Origin: the human T2T-CHM13v2.0 reference genome, Homo sapiens
Assembly (NCBI RefSeq): GCF_009914755.1
Contig: NC_060930.1
Strand: one strand, 5' to 3'
Length of the DNA: 64,000 bases
A model generated the notes under the pieces. It made no database searches, was not told the DNA's origin, and worked only from the letters and a program-made list of their open reading frames with translations. Positions 58,612 through 64,000 of this stretch are shown here, piece by piece. The stretch's first letter is position 1. The number at the start of each line of letters is the position of its first letter. The translations under genes were made by a program, and so were the position numbers.

Positions 58612-61600
58612 AAAAGTCATTACTGTTATGAACACTGTTACCACCTTCAGTTTCCCAACTATTGTTTGTAGTGCGTTTTTTAATATTCTGACTGAAGCAG
58701 TTTATAAATAATGGTTAGACTTACTTGAAATGGTACCATTACAACATGTCTTAAGGCACACTAATTGTAATAACTTCTGGCTGGGCTTAAGAAACTACTT
58801 CTTAAATGTTTTTAAGTGGAAATATGCTTTGATTTTTCTGTAAGCTTAACAAGCTTTTCTCAGCTAGGGTTCCTCATCTGAACCACAGAAAATAGGAATT
58901 ATTTCATTTTATTAAAGATGACTCATCAAGAGAACCATTATAGTTACACAGGAGAGAAGTTAACCACATATAATTTTTATGTCTTGGGCTGGGCATTGAA
59001 ATTTGATTCTCATGTGGAATTCTTAGTTGAGAAAGGTGTACCCTGTGAGAAATGGTTTTTTTCTCGCATTTTATATTACTGCCTCTCCATCAAACCATAT
59101 ATATCTCCCCCTCTTCCTTCAGCCTCCCTTATTGGTACCATTTGACGAGATGATTAGGGAGTAGGAACTGTTACAGGTTGTTTGTTAGAGGGTTAATCTT
59201 ACAAATTGTATTCTTATCAACTTTCATGAATCCAATTGAATAGTAGAATTCGCTATGAAAACAGATGAGTTGCTTTAGAAAAGTGGCAATGAAATGTATA
59301 CTCTTGTATAACCTGGTTTAGAGGGAACCTTATTAAGTCATCGAGTCTAAACCATATTTGTGATACTTAATTCCATGATATTTCAGTAAGTAGTACTATA
59401 AATGACTGTTAGTCAGTTTTCATTACCTTCTACCATAGTTAATTTAATACAATCTGCGGCAGCAGTTATGTTTTTGAATGCCTGTGATTTTTTACCCTCA
59501 AGGAACTTTCACCCCTGGAAGACTGATATATTGACAGTGAACTGATGCAGCGGAGATGATATATACATTGTGCAGGAAGTCAAGAAGTAATGTGTTCTTT
59601 GAAGGTTGAAGGTTTTTAAAGGAAGCTGGAGAAGATTGAAGTAGGAGTTTACCAGGCAAATAAGTAAAATGGTATTCTAGACATCAGAAATAGAATCAAC
59701 CAGGGTATGTTGCTATGTGGATGCTTGGTGTGTCTCAGTGGAAGGTATGGGGCACAGTGGAGTGTTGGTATTGGAGATAAGGCTGAGGTCTGAGGATAAA
59801 GGACCATGAACCTTATATCCAAATTTATTTCATTTTGAAAGCAGTGCATTGACACTCTTCTCTTTTAAAGATGAGAAGTTATATGATGTATTAATTGTTT
59901 TGGAAAGGTAACTTGACAGTAGTGGAAGAGATGGACAGAAGTGGGAAGTGACTAAAGGCAGAAGACAAATGATCAAGTCTCACACAACTCTGCCTAGAAA
60001 GTTCTTTCTTGTGTTAGGATAAAATCTTTGAAACTTCAGTCCTCTGATCTTAATCTACTTTGAATTCAAAACAAATATAATCTCTTAAACTTTAGAGACT
60101 TTGACATATTTAATGACAGTGCTTGTCTTAAAGGTGTTCTGCCCTAGCTAAAAGTTTATTGCCTAGTAGCCTTAGTTCTCTTTTTTGTTAAGATGTCATG
60201 TGATATGGTGTTGAATTCAACTTCAAAAGTGGTAGATTGGTTTGTTTTTAAAGAGAAAAGAAGACCCGCTATCCTTTTCAGTGCTTTTCAAACTGTCTGT
60301 GGTAAGAGACCCACTAAAAAAATTCAATCCATTATATCTTTTGGTGAAATACAATAAAATTAGTTACCAGAGAAGTGGAGTTTTAAAAAGACATATATTT
60401 AACCCCATTTAAAACTGTCTTTTATCAAGAGACATAAAATTATCCTGTCAGAATGCTCAAAGAGTTTCTGAACAGGCTTGATTTCTGTACTTGTAGGCTG
60501 CACTTCCGGCCGCACTGGTTTAAATGCCAACTGTGACGTGGTATGTTTGTTTCAGGATTGTAAACTAGCTCCCTGGTGTCCCTCCTCCTCTACTTTTGTT
60601 CTTCTCACTCCCTCATTTTTTTTTATTTTTTATTTTTTTGCTCTGTGTTTATAAAATAAAATTCATTTTAGATTATTGACTAGATTATTTTTAAGTTTGA
60701 TTTCTGGTTACATGTTCATTAAGGACTCAAATGGCTTAGCTTTGTTTTAAGATAGAAGAGTACAAAACAGTGCAATAAAGATTAAATGTTTATTTCCGGG
60801 TTGATAATATCTCAATACATTTATAGAGTGGAGTCACTGCTTTTTGCCCATTGTTAAGAAAGATTGGGAAGACTTGAAATAAAAAATTTATTTGAAAATA
60901 CATTTATTAAAATTTGTGAGACACCCTTTGAGAGGTAAAAAGATGGACCCAATAAGAATAGACTTTTGTTTTTATTAGTAAAGTAATACTTTAACCTGTA
61001 AAACTTCATCTCATTACTCAGCCATAGATATAACTCCAGGATGAGTTAATTGCCCATGTCTAATGAAATGAGACGTGAGTCTCAGTGAAAAGGGAGAGTC
61101 CATTTTATCACTAGATGCTCTTAATGAGCCTTTTAAAATTAAGTCTTGATTGGATTGCAGTCAATTTCGTTAAGGAATATTTGAGCATCTTGTAGTTGTG
61201 TCTTATGTAACATTTTCTTTTTAGAGGATTCAGCTCTCTGTTGACAGAGTGAGTAGTGGAATGTTGCTGATGTGTATTAATGCTGCAGCAATTGATTTTT
61301 TCAAAACCCGTTAACCTTAGTTGGAAATAATTTTTCAGTCTAATATATTAACAACAAATTATTAGGCCGTTTCATAAGCCTAGGGAGCCATCCTATTCTA
61401 TCCTATTAGTTTTAGTTTTCTGTTTATTTCTTCAGTTATGAGAGACCACTATTAAATTATTTTGTTGTTCTTTAGATTTTAAAACATGTAATTGTTAACT
61501 CTCGATTTTAAATACCTATAATTTTTAGTTTGGTGTTTTTAAATCACAGGTTGTTATAGGACATAGTTTGTGGGGCTGTGTTTAATGTTTAACAACAATT

Positions 61601-62280
61601 GTGAATCTCAGATTGTTGAAATTATTCTTCATTTTGTGAATTGTTACGTTTAACTATTTTTAAAAACAGTAATAGAAATTATAGCAGATAGTGAAGAATG
61701 TTTTTAAAAAGGTCTGCAAAAACTTAAGATTTTTGGTGAATTAAAATAAGTATAAGGTAGTCTAAATATAGAGGACTAGTCACTTCAAATAGAAAAAAAT
61801 TTTCTTAAAAAATCTAATGTGAAGAAAATTTGGAGTAATTTTATCTTTGTAACTAATAAGATTAATGTTTGAATAATAATTTGTGTTATCTCAGTAGTGA
61901 GATTATTGAATAATAGACAAGTGAGTAAACGGATGCCTATATGGATGCTTCAGGGTGTGTAATATTATCAAGTGTTACAACAGCACATTGTTTAGAACGT
62001 TTAAGATTTAAGACGAGTAAGTACTTTAAAAGGAGTCAAAAGAAGTGAAAGCAAATACTGAACCTCATCTTTTATAACATAAAAATGAATTTTTTCTTAA
62101 TTATGAAAGCCTTTCACGTTTAGTGTAGAAAAAATTTAGATAATTCTGGTATTTTAAAAATCTAATCTTCCCCATTTAGCGCCGTTACTTATGTGTTAAT
62201 ACATATTTTGAGATCTATGTATTTGTGACCTGATATATTTTGTTTAAGTATATTACGTACTAAAAAGTCATCTACAATAC

Positions 62281-62576
62281 TTTTTTTTTTTTTTTTGAGA
62301 TGGAGTTTTGCTCTTGTCACTCAGGCTGGAGGGCATTGGGCAATCTTGGCCCACTGCAACCTTCACCTCCTGGGTTCAAGCGATTCTCCTGCCTCAGCCT
62401 CCTGAATAGCTGGGATTACAGGCGCATGCCACCACTCCCAGCTAATTTTTTGTATTTCTAATAGTGACGGGGTTTTAATGTTGGTCAGGCTGTTCTTGAA
62501 CTCCTGAACTCAGGTGATCCACCGCCTCGGCCTCCCAAAGTGCTGGAATTACAGGCATGAGCCACCGTGCCCGGCC
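62281..62576 (-). mobile_element. AluS (antisense)
   Basis: TSD tacaatacttttt. Confidence 0.95.
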
Positions 62577-62720
62577 TACAATACTTTTTAATGGTTATAA
62601 GTAGCATTTAATTGTACATATGTGTATTGAGGTATATTGTTTGTTGAAGTTTTAAAATAATTGTTTTTACTATAAAAATGCTGTGAAGAATATCTGTACT
62701 TTATCATTAAGATAAATGTG

Positions 62721-62855
62721 ACTGGGCTCCATGGCTCATGCTTGTAATTCCAGCACTATAGGTGGGATTCCACCACTGAGGTGGGAGGATCATTTGAGCT
62801 TAGGAGTTCGAGACCACCTTGGACCCTTCTCTAACTTAAAAGTACAACAAAAAAA
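62721..62855 (+). mobile_element. FLAM monomer
   Basis: Single Alu arm; TSD aagataaatgtg. Confidence 0.8.
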
Positions 62856-63224
62856 GATAAATGTGTAGAATTGGTTGGTTGAAAATGCATTTCAAAATTG
62901 CCTTTCAACTTCACTGTTTGAAATTGTAAGCTCCCTCAGAAAATGAAAATGCTTATGTAACGAATCTTCTAAAAAATCACTTTTTTAAAGGGACAAAAAT
63001 ATAGTCAAAAATATAGACAAAAATACAACAAACATACTTCTGGTTAACAAGGTTAAAGCTTATCTGTTTCACTTTTTTATTGCCTAACATTGCTGCCATC
63101 TGTAAACCCCCACTTTGTATTTTCTTTTCATCCTCATTTTGAAAAAATAAAAAATTATACATACAGAATAATTACAAGGCTAACAAAGTGAATTTGTGTA
63201 TACCTTCAACCTAAATTTGCTGTA

Positions 63225-63535
63225 TACCTTGGCCCTCCATACTGCAGGCCCCACATCCTCCAATTCAGCCAACCACAGATCAAAAAATATTCGGGAGGAA
63301 AAATAATAAAAAATAATAATACAACAATAGAAAATAATACAAATAAAAAATATGGTACAATGATTTACGTAGTCTTTGCGTTGTATTCAGTATTTTAAGT
63401 AATCTAGTGATTAAAGTATATGGAGGATGAGCCTGAGTTCTGTGCAAATACTGTACCTTCCTATATCAGTGACTTGAGCACTGGTAGGGAGGCGGTCCTG
63501 GGACCAATCCCACAGGGATACTAAGGGACAACTGT
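63225..63535 (+). mobile_element. MER2-family element
   Basis: Similar to 44387-44735 (gacttgagca..., ccaatccc...ggatactaagggacaactgta). Confidence 0.8.
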
Positions 63536-63564
63536 AGTAACGTTTTGTTCATTTGTGTGTACAC

Positions 63565-64000
63565 ACAGTGTTGATTTTTTATTTGGAAGTTCACCTACTT
63601 GCTGAAACTTATGTGTAACCCTCAAATCATTACTGGCGACACTTTCACGGTCATTCAGACACGCACACAGTGGCAATAAAAATCTGAGTCACCCAAATGC
63701 TCTTTTTTGATATTGAGATAGAACAAGATGACACACCACCACCTTTTTACTTCAGTTCATACACTGTTAAAAAAAGTTATTTTCATGGTCTGCTTAGTGT
63801 CACGTTTTGGGTTTTTTTTTTGTTTTTGTTGTTGTTGTTGTTGTTGTTTTTGTGTTTTTTGACTGTTTATTATGATTTTGCTGTTTAAAATGTCCCTCAA
63901 GCATAGTGCTGAGGTGGTGTCTAGGATTTAGGATTCCTAACAGCAAGAAGACTGTGTGTGATGTGCCTTATGGAGAAAATACTTATGTTAGAGAAGCTTA
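63565..64000 (+). mobile_element. TcMar-Tigger element (MER82-like), cut by the window end
   Basis: ttcacctacttgctgaaacttatgtgtaaccc...tgatgtgccttatggagaaaatac. Confidence 0.6.

Overview
Primate (most likely human) genomic DNA, AT-rich and repeat-dense. The window is the interior of the QKI (Quaking, STAR/KH-domain RNA-binding protein) gene on the + strand: the 3' part of intron 1, coding exon 2 (24433-24575, 143 nt), intron 2 (23,361 nt), coding exon 3 (47937-48053, 117 nt, carrying the KH GxxG loop) and the 5' part of intron 3. Exon numbering and residue numbers come from my recollection of the QKI protein. The other ORFs in the track are repeat-derived (Alu, L1, Tigger) or look like chance ORFs. 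The most interesting structure concerns RNA processing. (1) Inverted Alus flank exons 2-3, a layout that favours a 260-nt back-spliced circle; that circle would carry a self-overlapping 92-aa ORF with a novel C-terminus. (2) A tight Alu hairpin 107 nt after exon 3 could compete with this pairing. (3) Exon 3 is a symmetric in-frame cassette bracketed by its own inverted Alus. (4) A tail-less, TSD-flanked U2 snRNA retro-fragment lies antisense in intron 2. (5) A mid-intron-2 cluster of AAG|GTTAGT units reads as four TACTAAY QKI/branch-point motifs on the opposite strand. No prokaryotic-type systems are present. Repeat subfamily names were assigned by eye and their boundaries are approximate.
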